The translations under genes and the position numbers were made by a program. From Thermoplasmatales archaeon (GTDB lineage: Archaea; Thermoplasmatota; Thermoplasmata; Thermoplasmatales; Thermoplasmataceae), in contig DAIDBH010000010.1 in NCBI GenBank assembly GCA_027310185.1, positions 1 to 64,000 of the forward strand: 64,000 nucleotides of DNA. The letters are read 5' to 3'. Shown in pieces: positions 9,913 to 21,400 of the stretch. Every line of letters begins with the position of its first letter. The first letter of the stretch is position 1. The notes beneath the pieces are model-generated. The model did not search any database. It was not told the origin of the DNA and worked only from the letters and a program-made list of their open reading frames with translations.

Positions 9913-10866
9913 ATGGAACAGATTACAGAGGAAGAAAAACCTCCTGGATTGACACCTCTTTTCAGGGCCAGAAATATAGAAAGGTTCCTGAAAATGAATA
10001 AAGTATTTTTTAAGTTTGAGGGTGCCAGCATCACGGGAACACAAAAGGACAGGATTTCAAGCCTTCATGTCAGGAGGGCAATAGAACTGGGTTACGATAC
10101 CATCGCAGTTGCAACATGTGGTAATTACGGGGCATCAGTATCTTATTTTGCATCTGCTTATAAGATAAACTCTGTTGTAGCGATTCCTTCCTTCTATACT
10201 AACGCAAGAAGTGATGAAATTTATGGAAACGGAGCAAAGATCATCCAGAAGAACATGAAATATGAGGATCTCGTTGAGTATATAAAGGACAAATCAAGGG
10301 ATGAGAACTGGTATGACTGCAGCCCTGGATCTGTAAATTCAATAGTAGACATACTTGGTTATGAGAGTATTGCAAATGAGATAGTACAGCAACTTGGACA
10401 TTCACCAGCATATGTTGCAGCACCGGTAGGTAATGGAACCACACTTGCCGGAATATTTAGCGGTTTCAAGAAATTGTATCTGAAGGGTATAATCAATAAT
10501 ATCCCGAAATTCATTGCTTCCTCAACATCACTTGGCAATCCTGTTGTTTATTCCTGGAAACACGGATTCAGGAAGATACAGGAACTTGAGCCATCAACAA
10601 TAATTGAGACAGAAACCAATGAACCACTTGTTTCATTCCGTGCCATGGATGGCCAAAAAGCACTGAATGCAATTTATGAAAGCAAGGGGGTTGCAATAGG
10701 GGTGAATGATCAGGAAATGGTGAAGTTTTCAAAGATGATAGAGAATCAGCAATCCATCCAGGTTCTTCCAGCCTCTGCATCAGCCCTGGCAGCAGCTCAT
10801 AAGAACTTAAACAGCAGAAATGTCAGTGGCGAGGTTGTTGCTGTGCTGACCGGAAGGGGTCATTAA
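9913..10866 (+). CDS. Threonine-synthase-like fold type II PLP enzyme
   Basis: KFEG..ITGTQKDR (PLP Lys), ATCGNYGAS, PVGNGTT, VLTGR. Confidence 0.85.
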   Translation: MEQITEEEKPPGLTPLFRARNIERFLKMNKVFFKFEGASITGTQKDRISSLHVRRAIELGYDTIAVATCGNYGASVSYFASAYKINSVVAIPSFYTNARSDEIYGNGAKIIQKNMKYEDLVEYIKDKSRDENWYDCSPGSVNSIVDILGYESIANEIVQQLGHSPAYVAAPVGNGTTLAGIFSGFKKLYLKGIINNIPKFIASSTSLGNPVVYSWKHGFRKIQELEPSTIIETETNEPLVSFRAMDGQKALNAIYESKGVAIGVNDQEMVKFSKMIENQQSIQVLPASASALAAAHKNLNSRNVSGEVVAVLTGRGH

Positions 10867-11897
10867 TGGGCGGAGCAGTTATACTCGCAGAAGGGTTCCT
10901 TGGCTCCACCTATGGGAAAACTGCAAATGGCCTGTGCAGGTTTTCAAGGAGATATAATATACTGGGTGTCATAGACAGCACCCATTCTGGGGCAGATATA
11001 CAGGAGATTGTGCCAAAGGCCAGGCCCGATATAAAGATCATCTCAACAATGGGGGAAGCCATAGACCTGGGTGCAGACACCTTGATAGTGGGTGTTGCAA
11101 CAGATGGAGGTTTTCTTCCTGAATATTTCAGGCCTTTTGTATCAAGGGCAATAAGGGAGAAGATGACTGTTGTCAGTGGCTTGCATCAGTTCATATCAGA
11201 TGATCCAGAATTCAAAAAACTCAGTGAACAATCCGGTTCCGAGATAGTTGATGTCAGGAAGATGTTCATGATGAGGAGGGACTTTTTTACAGGCAAGATC
11301 TGGGATGTCAAGTCTAAAAAGGTTGCAGTACTGGGTACAGACAGCGCCATAGGTAAGAGGACAACTGCAGTTTACCTCAATGAAGAGGTAAAGAAGCTCG
11401 GTAAGAGTTCGGTAATGATAGGTACAGGCCAGACTGCATGGATGCAGGGATTTCCATATACAGTGGTAATCGACTCAATGATAAACGATTTTGTGGCAGG
11501 TGGAATAGAAAGTGCCATAGTTGAGGCGTGGGAGAAGGAATCGCCAGATTTCATGTTCCTTGAGGGGCAGGGTTCAGTTCTGCATCCTGCATATCCTGGA
11601 AGCTTTGAAATAATCGCGGCAGGGAAACCTGATGGCATAATACTGCAGCATGCTCCAACAAGGGTTGATTATGACGGTTTTCCTGGAATAAAGATTCCGC
11701 CGGTTGAAAAGTTTATCAGGATACTGGAGGAGTTATCAGACAAAAAAGTGATGGGCATTGCGATCAACAGGGAAGGAATGACTGAGAAGGAGATTAGCGA
11801 TGCTAAGAATGATCTGGAAAACAGGTATGGTCTCCCGGCCTTCGATCCCCTCTATGACTCAAAGAGAATGGCAGAAATCATAGTTTCAGGGTTGTGA
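10866..11897 (+). CDS. DUF1611 family P-loop protein (DgcN-related)
   Basis: GKTANGL, SGLH, GTDSAIGKRTT, TGQT, EGQGS..HPAY. Confidence 0.85.
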   Translation: MGGAVILAEGFLGSTYGKTANGLCRFSRRYNILGVIDSTHSGADIQEIVPKARPDIKIISTMGEAIDLGADTLIVGVATDGGFLPEYFRPFVSRAIREKMTVVSGLHQFISDDPEFKKLSEQSGSEIVDVRKMFMMRRDFFTGKIWDVKSKKVAVLGTDSAIGKRTTAVYLNEEVKKLGKSSVMIGTGQTAWMQGFPYTVVIDSMINDFVAGGIESAIVEAWEKESPDFMFLEGQGSVLHPAYPGSFEIIAAGKPDGIILQHAPTRVDYDGFPGIKIPPVEKFIRILEELSDKKVMGIAINREGMTEKEISDAKNDLENRYGLPAFDPLYDSKRMAEIIVSGL

Positions 11898-13291
11898 TCT
11901 TGCTTTTCCTGGATAGGATCAGGTGCTTTGATGCACTTGAGATAAAAGTTGATTCCATCTCTAAAAATTTTGCAAAGATCAATATTATTTTGGATGACAA
12001 GGAAAAATTCCTCCTGGAATTCAAGTATGATCATGATGTCGAGCTCAATGAAAACCTCGCAGGTCTTATGGGTGCCGTAGCAGCCATCAATTATTCCCTG
12101 TTTACAGGAGAAATAATATTTGATTTCCCAACGTCTGAAGTTGACCGGGATATGATAGAAGAAATGGTGAAAATCAATAATACTGAAGTCTTTGTAAACC
12201 GTCTCTGCAGGATAAGATACCCGTTCTTCAGAAGCGAATTTCTGCCCACAGAAGAAGAAATAACAAAGGAAAATGCAATTGGAAAGACAAGACTCACATT
12301 TAAGTCTGGATATGTTGATAATTATTCGGGGAGCGGGAACAGCAGATCTGCAATAATGCTTTCTGGAGGAAAGGAAAGTCTTCTTTCATATGGAATGATG
12401 AGGGAGATCACTGGAAATGCACTGCCATATTTCTTCAATGAATCTGGAGGTCACTGGAAAGCAGCCAAGCATTCACATGATTATCTGAGCAGGGTTACTG
12501 AGAGTGCGAGGGTATGGTCTAACATTGACAGGTTCTATAATTTCATGAATCACAGGATGCCAATTCTTGATCCGGTGGTTTCATTTTCATGGGCTGACGA
12601 TTATCCTGTACAGCTCTTCCTGTTTCCTATTTACCTGTTTGCAACACTACCTTCTCTCAGGGTTAAGGGAATAACTGATATCATAATGGGAAATGAAATG
12701 GATGATCCTGCAGAGGAACCACCATACAAGGGAATAAAACACTATTTTGGAGTGTATGATCAGAGTCCTGATTTTCAGAGGAGATTTTCCAGGTATACTC
12801 AGGAAAAGGGTTTCGGTATAACCCTCTGGTCAGCCCTTTACAATATCTATGGCTCCGTGGTTGAGGATATACTGGTGAACAGGTATCATGATCTGTACTT
12901 ACTGCAGAGATCATGCCATTCATGCAGGTATGAGAATGGGGATGTCTATCCATGTGGAAAATGTAGTAAATGCCTTGGTGTTAGGTTGTTTATCGAGTAC
13001 GCTAATGGAGACCCTGAAGAAATCCACTATCCATCGAAAGACAGTCTTCTGAACATGGTAAAAAACGAAAGAATGAAACTTGATCCTGAAGAACTCATAT
13101 TTCTCACAGATGGAATTAAGAATGGATACTACGATATGGATACACAGATAAGAGGCATTCACCTGCTTCCGGGAGAGAATGAGATAATGGAGCAGGTACC
13201 GGTGGAATACAGGGAGGGCATATATTCCATAATATCAGAATATACAAATGGAAACTGGAAACTTGATGGTGATGAATGGATCAGGTACTAG
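11894..13291 (+). CDS. Uncharacterised PP-loop ATP pyrophosphatase with Cys cluster (MurL/QueC-like architecture)
   Basis: MLSGGKESL PP-loop, MGNE, QRSCHSC...PCGKCSKC; GTG start overlaps the upstream TGA. Confidence 0.7.
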   Translation: MILLFLDRIRCFDALEIKVDSISKNFAKINIILDDKEKFLLEFKYDHDVELNENLAGLMGAVAAINYSLFTGEIIFDFPTSEVDRDMIEEMVKINNTEVFVNRLCRIRYPFFRSEFLPTEEEITKENAIGKTRLTFKSGYVDNYSGSGNSRSAIMLSGGKESLLSYGMMREITGNALPYFFNESGGHWKAAKHSHDYLSRVTESARVWSNIDRFYNFMNHRMPILDPVVSFSWADDYPVQLFLFPIYLFATLPSLRVKGITDIIMGNEMDDPAEEPPYKGIKHYFGVYDQSPDFQRRFSRYTQEKGFGITLWSALYNIYGSVVEDILVNRYHDLYLLQRSCHSCRYENGDVYPCGKCSKCLGVRLFIEYANGDPEEIHYPSKDSLLNMVKNERMKLDPEELIFLTDGIKNGYYDMDTQIRGIHLLPGENEIMEQVPVEYREGIYSIISEYTNGNWKLDGDEWIRY

Positions 13292-13844
13292 AATCTATGT
13301 CAAAGTCAAGGTAAACCTTTTCAAGATCATCCGCGCTCTGGCATCCTGCATAGGATTTAAGCAGTTCTATGTTCAGTTCCATGAAGGTATGACCCCATGT
13401 GAATTTTCCCATTACCTCCTTTGCCTGATCAGCGTATCCCGTTATGAAAAGGGCAGCCGCCACAGCTTCAACAGAAGATAGCTTATTGAATTTCCCGAAA
13501 TTAACCGGATTTCCAGCCATCAGTACCGGAAGCTTCCTTTCAGTCCCTTTCCTGTAGGAGCCTAGAAGATCACCCAGATTCCATGAACCTTCTATAATAC
13601 ATATCCCCTTCCGGCTTACCTGTGATCTGTCCACAGGCAATAATGTTTTTTCCGCATCGTACCTCAATACGACATATCCACCCATCTTGTCCCTGTTTAT
13701 CTGTTCAGCTAAATTGAATTTCTGTAATTTCTTCATGGTTGATTTTGCAGGATCGTCCTGATGAAGATATATGAATCCTATTCGGACACTTTTTTTTATA
13801 TTTTTTTCCAAGGAAGAAATTATCACCTTCAGACATATAACCAT
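13281..13844 (-). CDS. tsr3: 16S rRNA aminocarboxypropyltransferase Tsr3 (DUF367)
   Basis: HQDDPAKST.KKL, EGSW, RKLP.LMAGNPVNFGK..KLSSVEA, FTWGHTF; start uncertain. Confidence 0.9.
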   Translation of the reverse strand: MVICLKVIISSLEKNIKKSVRIGFIYLHQDDPAKSTMKKLQKFNLAEQINRDKMGGYVVLRYDAEKTLLPVDRSQVSRKGICIIEGSWNLGDLLGSYRKGTERKLPVLMAGNPVNFGKFNKLSSVEAVAAALFITGYADQAKEVMGKFTWGHTFMELNIELLKSYAGCQSADDLEKVYLDFDIDSST

Positions 13845-13967
13845 ATTCCTTACTTTCCCGATTTCTTCACGGTGGAGTCGTTTGCAGAATAGAAATAATT
13901 ACTAAATGAATTCAGTTCCAGGCAAGATCATAGCATAATTTATTTAATTCTCCATTCATATTGATGC

Positions 13968-14213
13968 ATGAATTTTCTGTCTCCCGTAAATATTTACGGA
14001 GCTATAGTTCTCGTAATAATGATGGTATTCTACTTTCGCGAGCCAGTTGGGAAGATTTACACACTTCTATTTGGATTGACATGTTTCTTCTCTTCCTCCT
14101 ATGGTTTTCTTTCGGGTGCATGGCCCTTTGGAGTTATAGAACTGGTCTGGGGTGTTATGACCCTGAGAAAGTATGGCCAGATCAGGTTAAATAAGAATTA
14201 CCAATTAGATTGA
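13968..14213 (+). CDS. Small hydrophobic membrane protein
   Basis: 81 aa, three hydrophobic segments, YGFLSGAWPFGVIELVW. Confidence 0.65.
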   Translation: MNFLSPVNIYGAIVLVIMMVFYFREPVGKIYTLLFGLTCFFSSSYGFLSGAWPFGVIELVWGVMTLRKYGQIRLNKNYQLD

Positions 14214-14254
14214 ATACTGTTTAACCAGGGATGTGCCATCAGTGATTGAAGAAA

Positions 14255-15049
14255 TCAGAAAACGTTCCTGAATTGGGGATCATCCACTTCACCACTGACT
14301 GTTACGATCTCGTTCTTCTGATCGTGACTCATGACTAGATTGAATTCTTCCCTGATTGCCTTCTTTAATAGTATCTTTTTTGCATTCATTGATTTCAGGG
14401 GTTCCGAATCTATGGCAGTTAACCTGTTTGGCTTAAGCTGGAATGTTGTCGGCGCAAGATCGCCCAGAAACATTAACTTCAGGTTTTCACTGTTGAAGAT
14501 TATTGCCATATGCCCTGTCGTGTGACCTCCGGTGTGAATTAATTCAAAATTTCCTGTCCTGGTATCGGAAAAAATGGGGATGAGGTTAGAAATGTTTTGC
14601 TCGCTGTTTTTGTATGTATAACTTGCTGCAGCGAAGTCTTCAGGTTTCATGAAATTATCAATCTCAAGATGATGTGCATATGATTTGCTTCCAGAAAGGT
14701 CTGTGAATGAGTGGCCCATATGATCAAAATGAAGATGGGTGTGAAAAATTGCATCAAATTTATCTATTCCATTTTTTTTCATGTAATTTTCCAGGTTCCT
14801 GTTAGGTTTTGCGGCGAACCACTTTTCCAGGTATTTCCCTGGATTATTTCCAATACCCGAGTCTATGAGATAATGCCTGTCATCTATTGAGATTACACAT
14901 ACATTGCAGTTCAGGCCTATTCTATAATTATCATTTGGCTGAAATTCCTTTGACCATACATTTTTAGGTGTAACTCCGAATGCAGCCCCTGGATCAAGAG
15001 AGAAGGTCCCATCGTTTATAACATCGAATTTTGTGGTCTCACTACTCAT
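14255..15049 (-). CDS. MBL-fold metallo-hydrolase (YtnP-like)
   Basis: LDPGAAFGV.PK..W, THLHFDH, GGHT.GH, GD, SHD. Confidence 0.9.
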   Translation of the reverse strand: MSSETTKFDVINDGTFSLDPGAAFGVTPKNVWSKEFQPNDNYRIGLNCNVCVISIDDRHYLIDSGIGNNPGKYLEKWFAAKPNRNLENYMKKNGIDKFDAIFHTHLHFDHMGHSFTDLSGSKSYAHHLEIDNFMKPEDFAAASYTYKNSEQNISNLIPIFSDTRTGNFELIHTGGHTTGHMAIIFNSENLKLMFLGDLAPTTFQLKPNRLTAIDSEPLKSMNAKKILLKKAIREEFNLVMSHDQKNEIVTVSGEVDDPQFRNVF

Positions 15050-15495
15050 GGCAGATCATCTTCAATCAGGCTTAATTTTTTCTGTTGTACTTGATCAACA
15101 TTGAATGATATTACTTTGTATCATGACAATCCGGATTTTTCCCTTATTTCATTGACTCCGTCTTAATGCTTAATATTCCTTGCGAAATTGCTTCAGTTCT
15201 GCCGAATCCCCCAACATTTTTCATTCCTATATTCTGGTGTTTGAACGTACCAGATTAGCGAATCTGGTTCCACAGGTTTTAATTTTCAGTTATTGTCTTA
15301 TGGTTTTTTTCCTATTGAGACAAAGATGAAAAACATGATTTAGAAATAACTTTGATTGGTCGGCTGCCCAACCCTATACTGTATATACAAAACCTATTTC
15401 GTGGAATATTAAAAAAAGAACCATTTATATTTAAAAATTAACCTTAATGCTGAGTAATTAAAAAAGACTAAAAATTGTTCTGGAAGATACCAGGA

Positions 15496-16698
15496 TTAGA
15501 ATACCGGTATTTTTCCTTCCACAAATCCCTGTGTCAGATCAAATATGTGTTCAAGTTCATAGTCTGTAATGGCTTCTATGTTCTTCTTGTGCTTTGATGG
15601 ATCAACGTTATCTCCGTAGATGATCTGCAGGCTTGCTACATGAGGGTTGTCAATGCTTCTTCCTATCTGTGAAACAATTCTTACCAGTACTTCCACAATG
15701 TCTCCGCCTTCCTCCTTGACTACATGTTCAGCAATCTTGTTCGAAAGAACATTGTATAATTTTCCTACGTGTGTTACCGGATTCTTTCCTGCAGCTGCTT
15801 CCATACTCATTGGCTTGTAAGGAGTTATTATTCCGTTTACCCTGTTTCCCCTTCCAACAGATCCGTCATCTCCATTCTCCTGTGAAAGACCAGTTACTGT
15901 AAGATAATGGCTTGTTATTTTGTCTCCATCCTTGTCTGCTGTGTTTATAAATATATTTACGTCCTCGTCTGATATCTTGCTCGCATTGTCCTCGACAAGC
16001 TGCTGGAACTGCTCCTTTATGGCAAAGTATTCGTTGCTATCCTTGACAAATTTATCAACATATGCAGCCGCAACTGTAAGGTTAATTGTCCTGTCCTGCC
16101 TGTAACCCATTACCTTTATATCATAACCAATAGCTGGCAGCTTCTTCTTCATTTCTCCATTGATGAACTTCTCTGTTCCCTTCACAAGCTTTTCAGTGTC
16201 AGTAAATGGTGCAAAGCCGACTCCAAATGATGTATCATTGGCCCTGTGTTTTGCTGTATCATAAACATCCCTCAGATCAACTGAACCATGCCCGATCCTG
16301 GAGTCTATCATTATATCGCTGTCCATGTCCAGATGCTTGAAATTACTCTGGAGATATTCCTTTGCAGCCTTAATTGCAACTGCCTTCACTGGAATCCTCT
16401 CCCCATCAACTGTTGTTGTTGCCCTTCCGCTTAGGAGAATATACACTGGATCAAGAACTGCTCCTCCACCAAATTTAGGTGCTGACTGACCTCCTACAAG
16501 CTCCACCTGGTCAGTGTTATGATGCAGAATTTTTCCAAAATGTTTTATGTAATATTTACTCAATTCCCTGCTAACTGATTCTGCTATTCCGTCTGATACA
16601 CTATCTGGATGACCGATACCTTTTCTCTCTACTAGTTCAACGCCTCTAAGGCTAGTTGGAACCTGGTTGATTGCTTCAACTGAAATATTTCTAACCAT
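15496..16698 (-). CDS. mat: Archaeal S-adenosylmethionine synthetase
   Basis: VELVERKGIGHPDS, HHNTD, ANDTSFGVG, GDDGSVGRGNR, GKNPVTHVGK. Confidence 0.96.
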   Translation of the reverse strand: MVRNISVEAINQVPTSLRGVELVERKGIGHPDSVSDGIAESVSRELSKYYIKHFGKILHHNTDQVELVGGQSAPKFGGGAVLDPVYILLSGRATTTVDGERIPVKAVAIKAAKEYLQSNFKHLDMDSDIMIDSRIGHGSVDLRDVYDTAKHRANDTSFGVGFAPFTDTEKLVKGTEKFINGEMKKKLPAIGYDIKVMGYRQDRTINLTVAAAYVDKFVKDSNEYFAIKEQFQQLVEDNASKISDEDVNIFINTADKDGDKITSHYLTVTGLSQENGDDGSVGRGNRVNGIITPYKPMSMEAAAGKNPVTHVGKLYNVLSNKIAEHVVKEEGGDIVEVLVRIVSQIGRSIDNPHVASLQIIYGDNVDPSKHKKNIEAITDYELEHIFDLTQGFVEGKIPVF

Positions 16699-16966
16699 TT
16701 GTTTACCTAAACCGCTAAGATTTCTTTTTTATAAAATCTTTTGTCAACTTTAAAAATAAATTACAGAAACATATTTACAATTACTACCAGTAATAAAACT
16801 GTTATAAGATTACACAATCAATCCCATTTTTCAAACAATTATGGTCCATAACATGATACATTTGTTTGATTTTAGGAACATATAAACCCATATGTGTGAA
16901 ATGTGTGCTCCATCATTTTGGCATTGAAATTCTTAAAGCATATTAAAAATGAAGTGTTTAGAGATC

Positions 16967-18436
16967 ATGAATGTGCTTGCATCCCTCACGGATAAATCAG
17001 GTTCCGATGAGTTTTTAAAGGCTATAAAAGGAAAAGTAGAAAAAATTTACGCCTCAGAAGGTACAGGAAAGTACCTGGAGGAAAATGGTGTGAAGAGTAT
17101 TTCCCTTTCGGAACTTACTGGCTTTGATGATTTGTTAGGAGGAAGGGTCAAGACACTGCACCCAGCTATTTTTTCTGGAATATTAATGCGTGATAATGAT
17201 GAGGACAGAAGGCAGGTTGAAGAAAGGGGTTATTTTCCCTTCGATGTGGTGATGTGCAATCTCTATGACTTCAGTAAATATATGAATGGGACTGAGGAAG
17301 AGAAGATAGAACATATAGATATTGGCGGTGTTTCTTTATTACGGGCAGCAGCAAAAAACTGGAAAAGAGTGACCGTTGTCAAGAACAGGAAAGATTATGA
17401 ACTTGTAGAGAGGGACATTGCTGAACATGGAATGATCAGGGAAGAAACTAGGAAAACCCTTGCCATAGATGCTTTCAAGCTGACCTACAGGTATGACATG
17501 ATGATTTATAATTCCCTAAATGACAAGGGAGAAGTGAGGCTCATCGAACTTGAAAATGGAAAGAAGCTTAGATATGGTGAAAACCCCGATCAGGAAGGTT
17601 TTATCTATGAGATTCCAGAATATGGAAAAATGGAAGTCTTCCACGGAAAGGAGATGTCCTATAACAATTACGTAGATGCGTCTTCGGCCATTGAGACTGC
17701 CCTTGATTTCTCAGATCCATTCGCGGTTGTTATAAAACATAATACTCCGTGTGGAGCGGCTACGGGAATTAACCATGGAGATGCCCTGGAGAAAGCCATA
17801 GATGCTGATAGGGAATCTGCTTACGGGTCGGTTATATGCATTAATGGCACTGCGGATAAAAGAGTGGCTGCGGCAATGAAAGACCTGTTTGTGGAGATAA
17901 TAATTGCAAAGGATTTTGATAGCGATGCCCAGCAGATAATAGGAAAGAAGAAGAACATAAGAATGATAAAATACTCCGGCAATGGCCCTGAAAGGAGCTT
18001 CAAAACATTATTCAATGGAATCCTTGAACAGACAAGAATGAATACCAGTATCGATCAGATGAAGGAGGTTGTTAAGACCGGAAGAGAATTTTCGACAAAG
18101 GAAATAGAATTTGCATGGAAAATAGCCGCCCACTGCAGAAGCAATGCAGTAGTTCTGACCAAAGACTGTGTTACAGTTGGTGTTGGGGCAGGCCAGACGT
18201 CCCGTGTTGAGGCAACGAAGATAGCATGCAGCAGAGCAGGAGAAAAGGCACGGGGGTCCATAATGGCTTCGGATGCGTATCTGCCATTTTCTGATAACGT
18301 GGATGTTGCAGGTGAAAATGGCATTGCCGCCATAGTAGAACCGGGTGGATCAATCAGGGATCAGGATGTTATTGAATCGTGCCAGAAGCAAAAAATCTCT
18401 CTTTATTTCACCGGGAGGAGAGTGTTCCTTCATTGA
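16967..18436 (+). CDS. purH: Bifunctional AICAR transformylase/IMP cyclohydrolase
   Basis: GGRVKTLHP, IDIGG, LRYGENP, KHNTPCG, PGGSIRD, RVFLH; ATG 16967 preferred over 16949. Confidence 0.93.
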   Translation: MNVLASLTDKSGSDEFLKAIKGKVEKIYASEGTGKYLEENGVKSISLSELTGFDDLLGGRVKTLHPAIFSGILMRDNDEDRRQVEERGYFPFDVVMCNLYDFSKYMNGTEEEKIEHIDIGGVSLLRAAAKNWKRVTVVKNRKDYELVERDIAEHGMIREETRKTLAIDAFKLTYRYDMMIYNSLNDKGEVRLIELENGKKLRYGENPDQEGFIYEIPEYGKMEVFHGKEMSYNNYVDASSAIETALDFSDPFAVVIKHNTPCGAATGINHGDALEKAIDADRESAYGSVICINGTADKRVAAAMKDLFVEIIIAKDFDSDAQQIIGKKKNIRMIKYSGNGPERSFKTLFNGILEQTRMNTSIDQMKEVVKTGREFSTKEIEFAWKIAAHCRSNAVVLTKDCVTVGVGAGQTSRVEATKIACSRAGEKARGSIMASDAYLPFSDNVDVAGENGIAAIVEPGGSIRDQDVIESCQKQKISLYFTGRRVFLH

Positions 18437-18438
18437 TA

Positions 18439-21400
18439 CTATCTCCTCCTTTTTGAATTTATAACAACGGCAGCTGCTATTATTATGACCAGTACGATCA
18501 GGGTTAAGTAAAGGTATATATAATTTGGACTCTGCTGCTTGCTTTCTGACAGCGAGATATTAACTCCATATGATCTGCCTTTCTGAACCGTAATATTCAG
18601 GTATTTCGCGTTATAACCAGAGGATGATGCCTTGAGAACAAAGCTTCCATAGGTGGTGGTTATATTGAAGTGGCCATTTACTGATACCTTTACAAGCTTT
18701 CCGTTGAAGAATAGTGTCGCGTCAGAAGGGGAAACCGTACCGTGAATGTATGAATATCGTATGTAATCGATCTGTACTGTTATATTCCTACCACTTATGG
18801 ATATGAATTTGTTGAAATTCTGGTTGTAAAAGAGTGTTGTGTTCCAGGCATGGTATGAATAGGTTCCGTTGGCTGCATATACAGTTATGTTATTTCTGTC
18901 AGATGAATATGCTGTCCCGTCAAATGTAATGTTCCATACTGTTCCCTTCGTAAGATTTGCCTCAATGAAATTTACAATGAATTTTACCTTTCCAGTTGCC
19001 ATGTAGAGAACCAGTCCCTGTTCCTGGCTTCCTGATTTAATGCCAATACTGTAACTGCCGGTTCCATTCTGCGAATAGATCAGGTTTGTTGCACTTTCAC
19101 CTGTCTGATCAATCGATTCATTGAATGGACTTATCCGGGGAATTATCCATTGCCCTTCTTCATTTTCAACATAACTCTTAACATTAGCGGATGTTGAATT
19201 ACTGAATGTTCCAAGGTATCCTGAAGGCCCTCCAACAAGACCGAATTCAGGGTCCAGACCACCCTGATATTTATTGTTGGGAAATGGCCCGTTGTAAATC
19301 AGTTTACTTTGATAATAATATGAATAGTTTCTTTCCCCTATTATGAATGCAGCCCCTGTAACGTTCATTTTTATCTCTTGCCTGTTAACGAAAAACTTGA
19401 GATAGCTATTCATAGGGTTTCCACTGTTTATGAGCTGTGTTGAAATATTGAAGCTGTGCGGTAGAGTGATTATCCTACCTGAAGGGAAGGTATAGTGATA
19501 TACCGTGGAAGTTTGATATATACCAAAAAATGGGTAATTAACCCAACCAGTATAATTCACCACATATCCTCCTGAAACTGTTCTGTTCAAATAAATTACG
19601 TTCTGGATCCAGTAGAGCGGCTGTCCCATCTCATTGGAGAGAAATAGATTTTGTTGAATGGACGCGTTATAGAAAGTGTTTAGAGAACCTGTTGAGTTGT
19701 ATGACCTGACATTGAGTGACTTCAGTGTGAAATTGTTATCAACTCCCAAAAGATCAGATTGATTGTGCCTGAAATTTCTGTTCAGGACATAAACGGTTAG
19801 GTTATAGGCATTGATTGAACCCCATCCATCAAGTAAACTGTATCCGTATCTTGCCTGGTATAAGTGATTCCTTCCTGTAGAAACAGGAAGGAATGGAAGT
19901 GCAGGTAACGTGGAATTGTATATTCCTGTATCTATATATCCTGATGTGCTGTTGGAAACTTCCTTTTCGAACTGTTCTGTTCCAAGCTTATACAGCAATG
20001 GATCCAGGAAGCCGAGCCGGCTGTCATTGTTCTCGCCTAACACAAAATCGATATCTGCAATTATTCCAGCTGTGACCGGTGATGCAACACTTGTTCCCCA
20101 TGCGTATTCAAAACGTCCGCCATAGGATGCGTTAGTTGCGTCGTAGGTATAACCTGATATTGAAATCGTTAAGAGAGTGTTATTGGCTATGGCTGAAACA
20201 TCAGGAACCCCTCTTCCCTTTCCCTGTATTACATTATTTGCTGACGAATCGCTTTGCCAGACAGGTTCCTTGAGACATGTGTCGATCCCAGAGCTTGTGC
20301 CGTATGGACCGCCTAACTGTGTATCTCCTTTCGGCACATACCAGTTTTCCTGTGACTGTATTTCAAGAGATACTGGGTTCAATTTGAAGCTTGTTCCTCC
20401 AACTGCAACAACACCAAAATTGTTGTACCCAATTACTGATGGGAACTCCACATCTGTTCCAACCCACTTTGTACTGTTAGCATTATCTCCAGCATCACCT
20501 GAAGATGCCAGAACGGTGATCCCCCTTGCCTGTGATTCCATTACGTCTTCATAGTAAGCCGTACAGTTCGAGTTACAGCCCCCCCAAGAATTAGATATGA
20601 CTGAAACATTGTTTAACTTTGATTTTTGGCTGCCCGGGTTCAGTATGTAGTTGAAGGCAAGATCTAGATTGTAATAGGAAGAACTGTTTCCGTATACGTT
20701 GTATATGGTTGACCCTGGTGCTGTACTTCCAAGCATTTCCATGTCCAGTGTGTTTTCGATATTTGCTCCAGTGCTGTCATACTGTGCAAGATGCCCGGGT
20801 GATACTGCTCCGTTGAGTGGAACCCCGATAACCGTGGGGTGGGGTTCCCCTGCAGGCATTGTTTCGTTGAAATAACCATACACATTTGATGGTACAAATG
20901 ATCCTACTCTTTCATCATGCACAAGATTTCCATATGGTGTGCTCATGCTTGTTCCATTGTACTCTCCACCCCATAAAATTGTGGCTTCAACCGATGAAGT
21001 GGGATAGCCATATTCCCTGAAGAGTGTTCCCTCATTATAAGCAGACTGGAATTCAGGCCCATAGAAATACTGGGTATTGCCTACGCAGGCTGGAGAGATA
21101 ATACTTCCCTGCAATAAGGTGTTCACTGAAGTGTTCTGCTGAATCATGACTTTGTGGTTGAGGTTAGTGCCCAGCACATATTGTGAATAATTCGAGAGTC
21201 CCGTTATGGATGTTATTTGATTGTTGAAGAATGAGGGTATCTCAGGGATTCCTGTAGCTGCATAATAGTTCTGTGACCCATTTACAAAATCTGCTGTTTG
21301 CACCCTGAACAAATTATCCACCGATTGCGTCGTGGAGCTGAATGTAAGTATAGATCTTCCTCTGTATGATGTTATATGATCTATTCCGTTTGCCTGAAGA

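Noticed and set aside
15050-15495. Long intergenic region between the MBL hydrolase and mat
   Set aside because: Only short ORFs found; no C/D boxes, tRNA, repeats or convincing structure seen
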